This document shows, piece after piece, positions 51,211 through 64,000 of a DNA stretch of 64,000 nt. The stretch is from the human T2T-CHM13v2.0 reference genome, Homo sapiens, in the NCBI RefSeq assembly GCF_009914755.1, contig NC_060938.1; one strand, given 5' to 3'. How positions within the stretch are numbered: the stretch's first letter is position 1; the number at the start of each line of letters is the position of its first letter. The notes beneath the pieces are model-generated. The model was given only the letters and a program-made list of their open reading frames with translations, was not told the origin of the DNA and ran no database searches. The translations under genes and the position numbers were made by a program.

Positions 51211-52059
51211 TAAGTGTTTTAAAAACATAAACCAAAATACCAAGCTATAATTGAACATTAAGAGACGTCCACCAGGATAATCTGTATCAGTCTCTTGCAC
51301 AGATCATCCTGTTAGTAAGCAGGGCTACTCCAGCCATCAAATCATGGAAAAGGAAGATTATGAGGCAGTGATAATTCGGGATATGGTGGGCAGGAGGGAG
51401 TCAAGGGACAGCATCCCTGCATTGCCCATCAGTCTCTCCCCTTCAGAAGTCACTCTTTGACTTCATTTCCCTAGCTCCCTCCTGCCAAGCCACTGTGTCT
51501 GGAGCTGATCCACCTTCCTATTGATATTCTTTGTGATCATTGTGTTTTTTTGCTACAGCGATAATAACAATAGTTAACATATGTCGAGTTTTCCATGTGC
51601 TACCACCCTTCTCCCTAATGGTTTATCCTCACCCCATTTTACCCTCACAGCAACTCCAGGAAGTCAATAACGTTTCTCATTCCCCCTGCCTCATAGGGCT
51701 GCTATAAGGATGAGGTAAGAGAATGCTCATAAAGCACTCAGGCTAGTGTCTGGAACATAAACTTAATGTATGTTAGCTGTTACTATTGTTTTTAAAATGG
51801 TTGCCTGGATACTAAACCTCTCTCTGTGACCATTATACACGCTTTATCTGGCCCCTGGCCTCTGAGGGCTTTGGGCACCAGTTCGTGTTTTCCAAAAAAT
51901 CTTTTCCAGAATTGCAAAGGGCTGGGAGAGGCCAGGAGTGAAATAGAGAATCCCATACAGTCAGGCTTCCAACTTTGCATTAAAGAAAGCGTATTGAATA
52001 AATTTTTCTCTTCTCCCTCCGAAGATCTCACTAAAATGATAATAGAAGAATTATAAAAA

Positions 52060-52980
52060 GGTATAAACTTGAGACATTTTCAGATAAATGAAAGCTGAGA
52101 GAATTTATCACCCATACACCAGCACTATAAGAAACGCTAAACGCAGTTCCCTGTAGCTGGAGGTAAAGGTAATGACACCAGATGAAAACTTGAATGCACA
52201 GGAAGAAATGAAGAGTTCCAAAAAGGCAAAATATGTGAAAATATAAAGACTATCTTTTTATTTTTAAAAAACTTATTTAAAGGGTAACTAAATTTTAAAG
52301 TAAAACTATATAGATGTAAAATACATGACAGAAGGAGCACAAAATACTTGGGACAAATGGAATTATGTTATTGTAATGTTCTTGCATACATGGGGCAGTA
52401 CCACATTAATTTCAGATAGACTGATAAGGAGGCATAATGTAATCTCTAGAGCAACAAATAAAAATAATTATACAAAGGGGCACAGCTGAAAAGAAAGGGA
52501 ATAAAACATAATACTAAAAAGAAGACTGGGAAAAAAAGCAACAGTAGAAAATAATGATGACAAAAACAACCAGTAACTAAAAACCTGAACAAAATACAGA
52601 ATCCACCATTTTTAGACATTGGACAACAGACAACAGGACCATGGTGACTGAGAAACAGGGGACAAATGAGATGAGCCTTCACTCTCGAGAGTCTCTGCCT
52701 GGGAGCCATGTCCAAAATATAGTGTGAGGAAGGGAATGTTAAAGAGTCATGCAGCCTCACGGAGTTGAAGAGATAGAAGTTAGAGTTTGAGATAGCCAAA
52801 CCAACTGTACTTTGTGGAGCAGAATACCCAAGAGGATGGAGCTATAGAGTTTCAGAAATTGAACAGGGATTCCCTTGAGTCTTTGGCTGAATACTAATCT
52901 GCTCGTGCTTAGGGCAAAGCCCCACAAAGCTAAGCCAGGATAACTTCCAGGGAGAGAATAATTACTGCTCATTAACAATT
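52060..52980 (+). mobile_element. Old L1M fragments (ORF1 end / inter-ORF / 5' region)
   Basis: A-rich; gacattttcagataaatgaaagctgagagaattt...ccagcactataagaaacgctaaa resembles L1 ORF1 3' end. Confidence 0.6.
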
Positions 52981-54469
52981 CAATTGTTTATGAAATAAAT
53001 TGGCTTATTAAACAGATAATTTGATAAGTTTGGATTGGTTCTTTAGTGCCTGTTCAAACTCACAGCAAAAGATTTAAAAATCTTCATTCTGTTCCAGAAA
53101 AAGAAAAAGCACAAGATTCTGAGCCAGTAAAGACCCTATCAGAGTACATGCCACTGTCCTGAATGTCTTGCTGTCTCTACTCCCTACCCTGCATGTCTTT
53201 ATTTCTATTATAATAGCAGAATTCCAAACACCAAGTTCCTTCCATGCCAGATAACAGACTTTACTAGACTATCATCGGCCTTTTATAGGTGAGGTAACCA
53301 AGACAAAGCAAGGTTGTATCTTGTTATAGATGACATATAGAAAGTCAGCTGGAAGTAGAACTTACTGCGCCAAGGTTTCAGTCTAGCTTACTTATAGGCT
53401 TAGGAGGGAAAATGCCTGCTCATGCAACTTATCCCAAGGGAAGGTTTAGAAGCAGGGGTAACTGCAGAGAAAAATTTCACAAACTGTGGCATTTTTGCCA
53501 TTGGCAAAATAAGCCACCCAACTCAACGATTTAAATGATTAGAATAAGCACAATTGAGGCTTCAATGTGGGACCATTTGTCTTCCTGCCAGAAAATGAAC
53601 AAATGGCAGATTCAGTTACTACCATTTTAATGACAGCCATATTGTTTCCTTTTATTTGAAGCGTTTGAATGTTTGGAGTCCCAAGCTTAAATTACCCTAA
53701 TCATGATAGAGCAAATAAGCACATTTTAGTGATATTGACACTTCCCACAACCATAGCCCTCAGCAATTTCAATAGCCAGATCTGAAGAGTGAGAGCCAAA
53801 CTTTAAAAACTTCATTAACTACAGAGCACAATCAAGTTGAAATTCCTAAGTGTTAAGGCTTGATATCTTTACTTCCTTGAGAGATCATTTGATTATTTCA
53901 ACTGGCTTCTTGGTGTGTCCGATGAGATCATATTTTACTTGCCTTTATGGAAGTGGCTGAGGGATTCAAGGTTATAGCATTCCAAATGAAACCTGGAAGG
54001 GAATTCACCAGCTGCTGAATTATAAGGAGAGTGATAGGATTTGGGATTGAGGCTACTTTCTATGCCATAACTTAAAAAAAAAAAAAAAAATCTCCTTTCC
54101 CAAAATGGTTGTAGATTGAGGGTGGCCTAAGTAGGCCCAGGAGGGATGGAGCTGAATGAGATGACATGTCATTTGATGTCTCAGACATTATAAATGTTGA
54201 AAAGAAATATTTTGCAGTTTGCAATAAATTTTTAGGGGTTATTTATAGTCCTGGCCTTTGGCTCCCCCCAGGGCCCAGTCTATACAGGTCTTAGGGTCTC
54301 TGTACTGGCCTTCACATCTACAAGTGCGGCTGGCCACCAGCTGGCCACCATCTAATCCTCAGTTCTCTATTAACTGTACACCAGGGTTTTTCTGGAAACT
54401 AAGACCAGTAAGCTCACCAGCCTCATATTACTGCCATCCTTGGTTACCACCCCAAATTTAAGGGCCCCC

Positions 54470-54897
54470 TGAGCCAGTTATAAATTTATTGCTTCTCAGC
54501 TGCAAACCTACTTTTCATTGTCTGCCCTAAAATGGAGCTGGGTCCTTTAAACATTTCTCCTTTGGAGCAGGTACACTGTTAAGCTTTGTCAGTTGAAGTT
54601 TTTGGAAGGACATGAAAGGAAAAGGACCTTCTCTTTCTGGTTCTGGTGTTTTCTATCTGCTTATTGCTCCTATGGTATGGCTGCCAAGAGCATGTGTGTG
54701 TGTGTGTGTGTGTGTATACATATATATATACACCACCATATATGTATATACCACTGCGCCCGGCCCAGGGTATTCTTTAGTGCTATTTTTACCCCATGTG
54801 TAGGTCATCTCCTGTTGTAATGAATAACTCTTTATATTAAACTTTTTCTGTTCAAGTTTTGTGGGGTTTGTCTCCAGATTGGACCTTGACTGATCCA
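54470..54897 (+). mobile_element. ERVL LTR (LTR33-like) with internal (TG)n(TA)n
   Basis: 3' end ataactctttatattaaac...ctgttcaa...tctccagattggaccttgactgat. Confidence 0.55.
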
Positions 54898-55279
54898 CCT
54901 TTCAATCAAATATCCTCCCCTAGATTCTTATCCCCACACTGCCTCATGCTTCCTCACCACTGACCCAACATCTTGTTCTCTTTTCACCTGGGTCATCCAC
55001 TCCTCCTTTTGATAACCCTTTCCCTTGGAAAACTGATACCCCTCCCCTATTCTTTAAAATAAAATTCTGCTCCCCTGAGCCTCACGCTATCTAGAAACAT
55101 TGCTCTCCTCTTTGCTGTCACCCATTCACCCCCTGGTCACTTCTCCCCCATGGGTTAGAAACTGGCATCCGCCTTCCAGCTTCCTCTCCAGTGCAAATTC
55201 CACAGCCGTCACAGGTGATTTGAACTTACTGTGGATCTCACCCAGCGATCTAGGCTCACAATTCTTAGACCTTGACTCA

Positions 55280-56268
55280 TGTATAGTTTCTCACAACTGA
55301 TGAAGCAAATTACCACTAGTAGCTTAAACTAGTGGCTTAAAGCAACAAAAATTTATTCTTTTACAGTTCTGGAAGCCAAAGTCCAAAGTAAGTCTTAAGG
55401 GCTAAAGTCAAGATGTCGTCAGGATTGGTTCCTCTGGCAGCTCCAGCAGGGAGTCTCTTCCCTGACATTCTCTAGCTTCTGGAGGCCCCCTGCATTCCTG
55501 GGTTTGTCAGCCCTTCCTCACAACACTCCAACCTCTTGCTTTGACATCACATTCCTCTTGACCTTTGTATTCGTCTGGATTCTCCAGAGAAACAGAAGCA
55601 ATAGGAAAGACATCTATGTATAAAGGGATTTAATATAAGGAATAGGCTCACATGCTTATGAAGGCTGAGAAGCCGCATGGTCTGTGTTTGGCAAGCTGGA
55701 GACCCAGGACAGCCGACAGTATAGTTTCAGTCTGAGTACAAAGGCCTGAGAACCAGGAGAGCTGATGGTATAATTTTCAGCCAGAGTATTAGCCTGAAAG
55801 CAGGAGAAAGTCGATGTCCCAGCTTGAAGACAGGCAGAGTGAATTCTCCATTACTGAGACTTTTGATCTATTCAGGCCTTCAATGGATTGGGTGAGGCCA
55901 GCTCGCATTGGGGAGGGCAATCTGCTTTACTCAGTCTACAGATTCTTATGTTAATCTCATCTAGAAACAGCCTCACAGACACACCCAGAATAATGTTTAA
56001 CCAAATGGGTTAACTGGGTACTCCATAGCCCAGTCAGGTTGACTCATAAACATGATCTTGACCTATTGCATTAAACATAAAAGGCTTCTTACCTCCCTCT
56101 TAAGAGGACCCTTGCGATTACATTTAGGGCCTATCGGGTAATCCAGGCTAATTGTCCCTTCTCAAAGTCCTTAATCACATTTCCCCTTGCCTTGTAACAT
56201 AACACATTCACAGGTTCTGGGGATTAGGATGTGGCTATCTCTTGGGGAGCCATTATTCAGACTATTGC
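55280..56268 (-). mobile_element. MLT1 MaLR LTR with a nested MLT2 (ERVL) LTR at about 55566-56070
   Basis: ggcttaaagcaacaaaaatttattcttttacagttctgga (MLT1); ttctccagagaaacagaa...tgggagggcaatctgctttactcagtctaca (MLT2). Confidence 0.8.
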
Positions 56269-58366
56269 AACTCGAAAGACCTTCTTCTCTTTCATGCTTA
56301 AGACCACAGCTTGAACCTTGCTATTGTTCTCCAGTATTCTACCCTCTGATACACTCTGTCACCATTCCAGATTTCTTAGCTGCTAAATTCCATTGTTTCT
56401 GTCATTTGCCCTCATGGAGGTGTTAGCCCCTTGACAGCTCTAAAAAATTTTTTAAATAATATATATTTCTTTCTCTGTGATTCATTATATACATGTCTTT
56501 TGTCAATATATTAAATTCTTTTACCCTCTTGTCCCTCACACATGCTTTGCAAAGGGCTCCAAATCTGTATATTAATATATCAAAGTGGAAGCTCACATGT
56601 ATAGAGACGAAATCGCAAAGTGGGGTGTGATTCTGAAACATGCAGTACTCTGAAAATGGAAGATGGGGAAATGGTGTTGCTACTCCTAATTCCTGCATCT
56701 ATGATCACATAAATGAGAGTTAGAAATTAGGAGAGAAGGGAATTTTTCAGAGATTGCTGTTGCTGTTATTGTACTGTGAGTCCCACCTCCGTCAAGGGTC
56801 AGGGATGGGGGAACCCTTCATCTAAAGAGGGAGGGCCTTCCACGAGACCAACTTGGCAGTTTGTTATGCATCCTCTGCATCTGGAAAACAGAGTAGACGG
56901 GTCTGACTCCATCCCAGAAAATACAAAGGTCAAGAAATGGCTACTTTGTTTGATGGCAAAATAAGGGAGTGGTGGCTATGCTGGATGGCCTGCATTTCCC
57001 AAATTTTTCAGAACAAAGGGTATGTAGATGTCTGCCATGGACCAGACATGAGTCATGTTAGGGAGAAAGCCAGTGGCATTGTCTTGGCATCTATCCAGTT
57101 GGGCCATCTGGAGGAGGAAGAGACCTCATCAGACAAAAGGCAAAGAAACCATTAGATACCTACGAATTGAGGAAGAAGTAAGCGACTAGTTGGAATAGCA
57201 TGTTCTTGCTCTCAAGGGAATTGCAGGTGAGAGATCATTAAGAATGGAAATGAAGGACTCGAAGTTGGCGGAGTCACACCAGGGAGCTTAGGTCCCAGAG
57301 TCACTGCCTGGAGGAAAGCTGTGCAGGGCAGGGCCCACAGCACACTTTGCATGGGTGAGAAATGATCTTCTATTGTGTTTAGCCACTGGGGCTTATTAGT
57401 TAACACATCATATTATAGCCTTGTTGCATGTTCCTACAAACAGCATACCCATTCTACCTTAGAGGGTTGTGAGAAAAATGGGATGGCCTGTGGAGGGCCT
57501 GGTGTGTGTTGGGCCCTCAGCAAGTGTTCGTCTCCCTCCCTCCCTGTGAGCACATGCCAAGGGCCAGCCTGTGTTCTGAGGCGTGTCTGTAGCAGGGAGC
57601 TGGCTCTTGTTACCAGAAAGCCAGTTTAGGTCCTTTGAGCACCATCTCCTGATTGTTGGTTTGTCTTTCTTATTCTTTCTAATTTGGGTTCCAATTTTGG
57701 GATTATGTACAGATGTCAATAGAAAGTAGCACCTTGGTTGATATTGAGCCCTATCTGAATTAAGCCAGTTCCTTCTCGGCTTCACTTCTAGGGTGGTTTT
57801 TGTTTGTTTGCTTTCTTGCTTGCTTTTTGGCTAGGAAGAAAGGCACTTGCCTAAAAATATGGGGATGCTACTGTATATCTATGGAGGATTTGTGATTTTT
57901 GTTCATTCAACAAGTTTTTATTGTACATCTTCCAGGAACCAAGCAGAAGTTCTGGGGCTAGAACCACAGCAAATAACAATAGAGACATAGTGGTGCTTCC
58001 ATAAAGCTCGGGGCAGCCGTGGGGATGACAAAGACAGAAAACCAAGCAGGAGGGGCACTGAGCCTAGGCTAGGGAGGGCTCCTAGAAGGACACAATGTCT
58101 AAGCCAAGGCCTGAAGCAGTACAGGCAAAGAAGGGAATGCAGGCTGCTGGGGAGCAGAGGGGGAGCAGGGGATAGAGCAGGAGGTACAGGAGAGGACAAT
58201 GGAATAACGTTACGTGTGTTTCCATCTTTGTCCAAATAGTTCTGCCTTCCTATTGTTGAACAGGTATGTGGTAATGATAATATGAAAATTCTATACATAG
58301 AATTCACTGTCAAAGCATTTCTGAATGAGAACTAGCACACTGATCATGGCACTCATTTATGGGTTA

Positions 58367-58719
58367 CGATATGGTTTGGTTGTGTCCCCACCCAATCTCA
58401 ACTTGAATTGTATCTCCCAGAATTCCCACGTGTTGTAGGAGGGATCCAGGGGGAGGTAATTAAATCATGGGGGCCGGTCTTTCCTGTGCTATTCTCATGA
58501 TAGTGAACAAGTCTCATGAAATCTGATGGGTTTATCAGGGGTTTCCACTTTTGCTTCTTGCTCATTTTCTCTTTCTGCCGCCATGTAAGGAGTGCCTTTC
58601 ACCTCCTGCCATGATTCTGAGGCCTCCCCAGCTATGTGGAACTGTAAGTCCAATTATACCTTTTTTTGTTCCCAGTTTCAGGTATGTCTTTATCAGCAGC
58701 ATGAACCCGAACTAATACA
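58367..58719 (+). mobile_element. THE1 (THE1A-like) MaLR solo LTR
   Basis: gatatggtttgg...actaataca; TSD ggtta / ggcta. Confidence 0.9.
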
Positions 58720-58779
58720 GGCTATGAATTAGAAATCAAGATTTGGCTTAAGCATCACCTCTGCTTTGAAACTTTCCTG

Positions 58780-59330
58780 CCCATGTGTGGTCTGGCTATC
58801 TAAATGTCACATCAAACCTCCTTCTCCCTTACTGCCTCTCTACTAGAGGGGCTGAAAACCAAATATTCACTTTTCCAACTTCCCTTGCAGCTAAAAGTGG
58901 CCATGTAAACTAGATCTGGGCTGTGACCCCTAAATAAATGTCTGCAGGGGAGGCTTCTGGAAAAGCAAAAGTTCTCTTGATTTTTTTTTTTTTAAAAGAA
59001 GAACACACGAGCTGATCCAGCCCTTTTGCCTTTTCTCCTTTTCTTGCCTTGAACATAGACACGATGGTTGGTGATGCAGCAGCCATCTTGTGACCAAGAA
59101 GAAAGGCCAAAAGAATTGCAGGAGAATTGGCCCTAAAATCAATGAAACTCTCACCCACCCCTTTAACCTCTTGTCTCCAGACTTCTGGGTATGTAAAAAC
59201 ACAACACAACAAAACAAACAAACAGAACAACAACAACAACAAAAACAAAATAAAAACCTAAGACCAAATACCATTGATTTTGTTTAAATTGCTCTAGTGA
59301 ACTGTAGGCAAAATAAGTCCTGCTACATCA
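58780..59330 (+). mobile_element. Old ERVL/MaLR-type LTR
   Basis: gcagcagccatcttgtgacc and ctccagacttct motifs; subfamily not determined. Confidence 0.5.
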
Positions 59331-59859
59331 AACTGGGCAGAATCTGGTAGTCCTTCCTCTGAGTTCCCATCTCACATGTTGCTTAGGTCTACGTTCAATT
59401 ACCATTGAGTATTTGTTATTTTTGCCTGTCTGACTTTCCTGATACTGTGAGTTCCCTGGAGTCAGGGATGACTATGTTATCCACTTTGGTGACCCCAAAT
59501 CTACTACTATGCCTGGCAATGTTAGCTGCTTACTAATGCTTTGTGAAACTTATTAGTAATGCTTAGTGAACAAGTTAATGGCTGACTGAATGTGGTTATG
59601 TGGAGGGTGATGTGGGGGAGGACTCATTTGGGGGAGGAGTCATTAGTGGCAGTGAGAACAATGAAGAGATTTTAGCAGTGAGAATCCAGGGAAGAGGTGA
59701 TGAGAGCCCAAACTACAAAAAGCAGGACCATCTCAGGAGAGATAAAGGGATGGGTTCAGGAGTTACTTAGGAGGCAGAAGAGATAGGATCTGGTAGGGGT
59801 GAGGGTAAGAGTGAAAGAGAAGAGGAGCTCAAGGATGGCTGGAAGATCCTTAATGTGTG

Positions 59860-60070
59860 GTGGATTTGGGCATGCACTAGTCCTGTGATCTTGGGCAAGC
59901 TCTTCAAACATGTTGGTGCCTTTGTCACCTCATCTGAAAAACAAGGATAACAGTAATGTGCACTTCTTAGGTTTGTTGTGGGAAGTAAATGACTTAGTGT
60001 GTGTAAATTGCTCATATCGGTGCCTGGCACAGAGTAAGTGTTCAGGCTATGTTTTCAGTTACCATCATCA
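59860..60070 (+). mobile_element. MIR
   Basis: tgtgatcttgggcaag...ctcatctgaaaa...gtgcctggcacagagtaagtgttca. Confidence 0.75.
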
Positions 60071-60679
60071 TCATCACCGACTTTGGGGCAGGATAGCAGG
60101 AAAGTGAGGAGACTGTTGAGAAAGGAGGGTGACAGTGAGCAGGAAGGGGCAACTCAGGAGGAATGAAGAGGAAGAGGTAGGTTGGTAGCAGTGACTTTAG
60201 GATGCTAAACACTTCCTCTCTCTTCCTTGGAAACAAAGATTTCATTTAAAGTGGGACTGCAGGTCATTTAATGAGCTCAAAAGGAATGGGATTAGGGACA
60301 GCCCGCTTTTATTCAAGGCTTGTGTCAACGGGTTATGCTGCTTTGATTATTGTTTTAAACATGTCCCAGGAGGCTTGGGGCGAGAAAAGAAGTGCTGAGG
60401 ATGCTCATTTGTAATGTGAAGAATTGTAAGCTATTCTGGGGCGCAGTAGGAGTCTCAAGAGGGTTGTACCTAACAGATTTCTGCAACAATTAATGAAGCC
60501 CAACAGCAAGAATATCATAAGAGGCACAGTATGAGGGCCATTAGCTTCAAGGCAGTGGAGGATCCTGCATGATTAGGCAGGATGAAATGGTAGGGCAGAA
60601 ACCACACTCAAACTACGGCAACCGGGGGCCATGTACCAGCTTCCACGGGAACAGTGAGCTCCCACTTATGACATGCCTA

Positions 60680-60860
60680 AGAGGGTCCAGTATTTTACAC
60701 GTTACTTTCATCCTCTCGATTTCCCTGCAAGAGTGGGCTATTATTATGCCCATTTTAAGAATGAGGAAACCGAGGATTGAATAGATTAAGCAACATTTCC
60801 AAGATGCACAAACCCAGAAGAGGTAGGACTAGGATTCGAGTCAGGCCTGGCTACCAAAAT
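60680..60860 (-). mobile_element. MIR
   Basis: cccattttaagaatgaggaaaccgagg core. Confidence 0.7.
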
Positions 60861-61030
60861 GTGGCTATTTCCTTCTCACTGTGTTGAGCCGCAGGACACT
60901 GACATGCAGGAAATTTTATTTGGTGAATTTTTTTCTCTGTATTACAGGAGGTGTTTTTCAGCTCATACTCAGTCTGGAAGTTTACTTGCTGCTGGCAAGA
61001 GCAGAGTATAAACACTAAATCACAGGCTGA

Positions 61031-61897
<867 letters not shown>

Positions 61898-62439
61898 TGC
61901 TGTATCTTATGTGTATATGCCAACAAGTGGTGGTAAAGCAAGAAAGTGCCTTTCCCTTCAAAATGGAAACTTTCTATAGAAATATGTGGACTTGGAGCAG
62001 ATATTAGTTATTCCTTGCATTTAGGGTATGGACCCTGGTTCAAGGAAATGAACAAGTCAGGGGGCAAGGCATTGATGAACAGGGCAGTTGATAGCTCTTT
62101 TGCTCAGGCCCCAGAACTACTACCACCAGACTTCTATCACAGTCCCTGTGAATGCTCTGTTGACCACGCTGGTGTCTGATGATCAGTCTGGAAGCTCTCC
62201 CTCCCTCCTGGCCCCAGGATGAAGACAGATGGGGAAAGGGCACACGTTGCATGGAACAGAATCTGCAGAAAATGCAAAACCAAAGAAAAGAAAGACATTT
62301 CCTTTAGCCATATCTGGCTAAAGTTGTTCAATTCCAGCAAGGAGAATTTGGAAATTAATGTGAGTCCACCCTAGTACAGATTATTTATCTTTTATTGTAT
62401 ATAATTATGATTGATAACTGTAATGATAGGAATATAGTA

Positions 62440-62690
62440 ATAACAGTGGTGACCATGAATTGAATAATTGCAATGTTTCAGCTGCTGTGCTAAGTACTTT
62501 CAGGATATCATCTCATTAAACCTTCCACTAAATGAAGTAGATTCCATTTTTATCCCATTGTACAGATGAGAAAACTGAGACCCAGAGAGATTCATTGACT
62601 TGCCCAAGATCATACAGCTACTAAGTGGCTTAATCAAGGCGTCACCCAGGTAATGTGACACTAGAACCTCTATGCTCTTAACCTCATTCC
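62440..62690 (-). mobile_element. MIR
   Basis: cccattgtacagatgagaaaactgagacccagaga...gacttgcccaagatcatacagcta. Confidence 0.8.
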
Positions 62691-62999
62691 CTAGAGTGAA
62701 TGTGGTCATTCTTATCTGGTTCTTTGTGCTGGCTTCATAAAGTTAAAGAACCCTCTTCAGTTCTTGAATAAGGTAGCCCTCAACGGACAACTGCAGTCAA
62801 GATTTGGGTGTCCAGACTGGACTGAGGAGGTGCACAGCTTGCCTATTAAATGCTGCCTTAGCTAAGCTTGTCCCAGCCAGGTGAGCCATCTTTTCAGGTT
62901 CCCACTCACAGTAACATTTGCTGCTTCTTAGGATGTCAGCATTGTAATCACACCACCTTTAAGTAGACAGCCTTTGGTTCCAAATTCTTGTTCTGTTCC

Positions 63000-63170
63000 T
63001 CAAGCTGTGTAGCCATCAGCGAGTGGCCTAAACTTTTACAGCCCCAATCTTTGTACCTGTCCAGCAAGGATTCTAACACCTTCTCATAGATCATTGTGAG
63101 GACTATAGGATAAATGTGGGTCAAGCATCTTACACTGCCTGGCACGTAGACAGTACTCAATGAATGTTCA
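63000..63170 (+). mobile_element. MIR
   Basis: ttgtgagga...ctgcctggcacgtagacagtactcaatgaatg. Confidence 0.65.
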
Positions 63171-64000
63171 TCTCCCAGCGCAAGAGCTGTATCTTCTTGG
63201 TCCTGTACATTTCACCCACCATCACCTAAGACTTGGAGACATCATTTTTTTCAATGTGCATGAATAGAATCCTTCAATCAGATATTGTTGAGTGCAAATA
63301 TGGTGGTGCAAATACGATGCTAAGCACAGTGAATTAGGCCTCTGGTTCCCAAGTGTCCCTGGCTCCTGAGGTGGGGTCAGCATGGCAGGTCCCTGGTTTG
63401 TTACAGTTTTGTCCACCCTTGGTGTGGGCTCACAGGGAAGGCTGGAAGCTTTGAAGAAACTGACACTTGGATGGAGTCTGCTGTGTGCACTTTAGGGACT
63501 GGAGTATGAGTTCTCCAAGCTCATTGCAGAGAGGCATGCACGGGCTTGATTGTGTGGGCTGGTATCTCACATCCCAGGGCATAACTATTGAGAAAGACCT
63601 TCCTAGTATGCAGGAAAAAGAATTATAGACTTCTGCCACTTGGAGGTGGCAAGGATGGTGTTTTCTTCAGCAGTAGGAAGGAAGCATCAGGATAAAGAAG
63701 TTTCTGTAGTTCCTGAATACCATTTTACTTTCTCTCCTACTTATTATTTCATAAGGCCTAATGGGATGTGGCAGACTCTTGACTCCTCCATGAAGTGGAG
63801 ACAGGCCAGCACCTGCGATGAGGGCTGCCTGGGTGACTTGTGGTTGTGTCAAAAGTGTTTGCTCAAGAATAAGCTGTTTGCTTTTCATCCTGACGTCTGC
63901 TAAGCCCAGGTGCTGGAGCTATTTTTGGTAGCTGACTTCAGGAATTACTTTTCGCTATCCCCAGGCAGATCTCATAAGCCCATAATTGCTGTGAACCTCT

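Overview
Human (primate) genomic DNA carrying the 3' half of KTN1 (kinectin 1, ER-anchored coiled-coil kinesin receptor) on the + strand. I reconstructed 26 coding exons by hand between 4690 and 41819, all with GT-AG boundaries. They splice into one open frame of 633 aa (PNKDVVEQMEKC...EKEHYQVLE*). A short 3' UTR ends near 42300, and the remaining ~21.7 kb is repeat-rich intergenic DNA with no recognisable gene. Introns and flank hold many Alus, L1/L2/MIR fragments, hAT and Tigger DNA-transposon relics, MaLR/ERVL LTRs and a Y3 RNA pseudogene. I see no new gene or new biological system. The best non-obvious signals are: (1) a five-fold repeated exon triplet (38/91/69 nt = 66 aa); (2) inverted Alus that could circularise whole modules into stop-free circRNAs; (3) several candidate alternative C-terminus/3'-end choices between 37282 and 41844. 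Repeat subfamily names and edges are by eye and approximate. Nearly all ORFs in the supplied track are repeat-derived or intronic noise.
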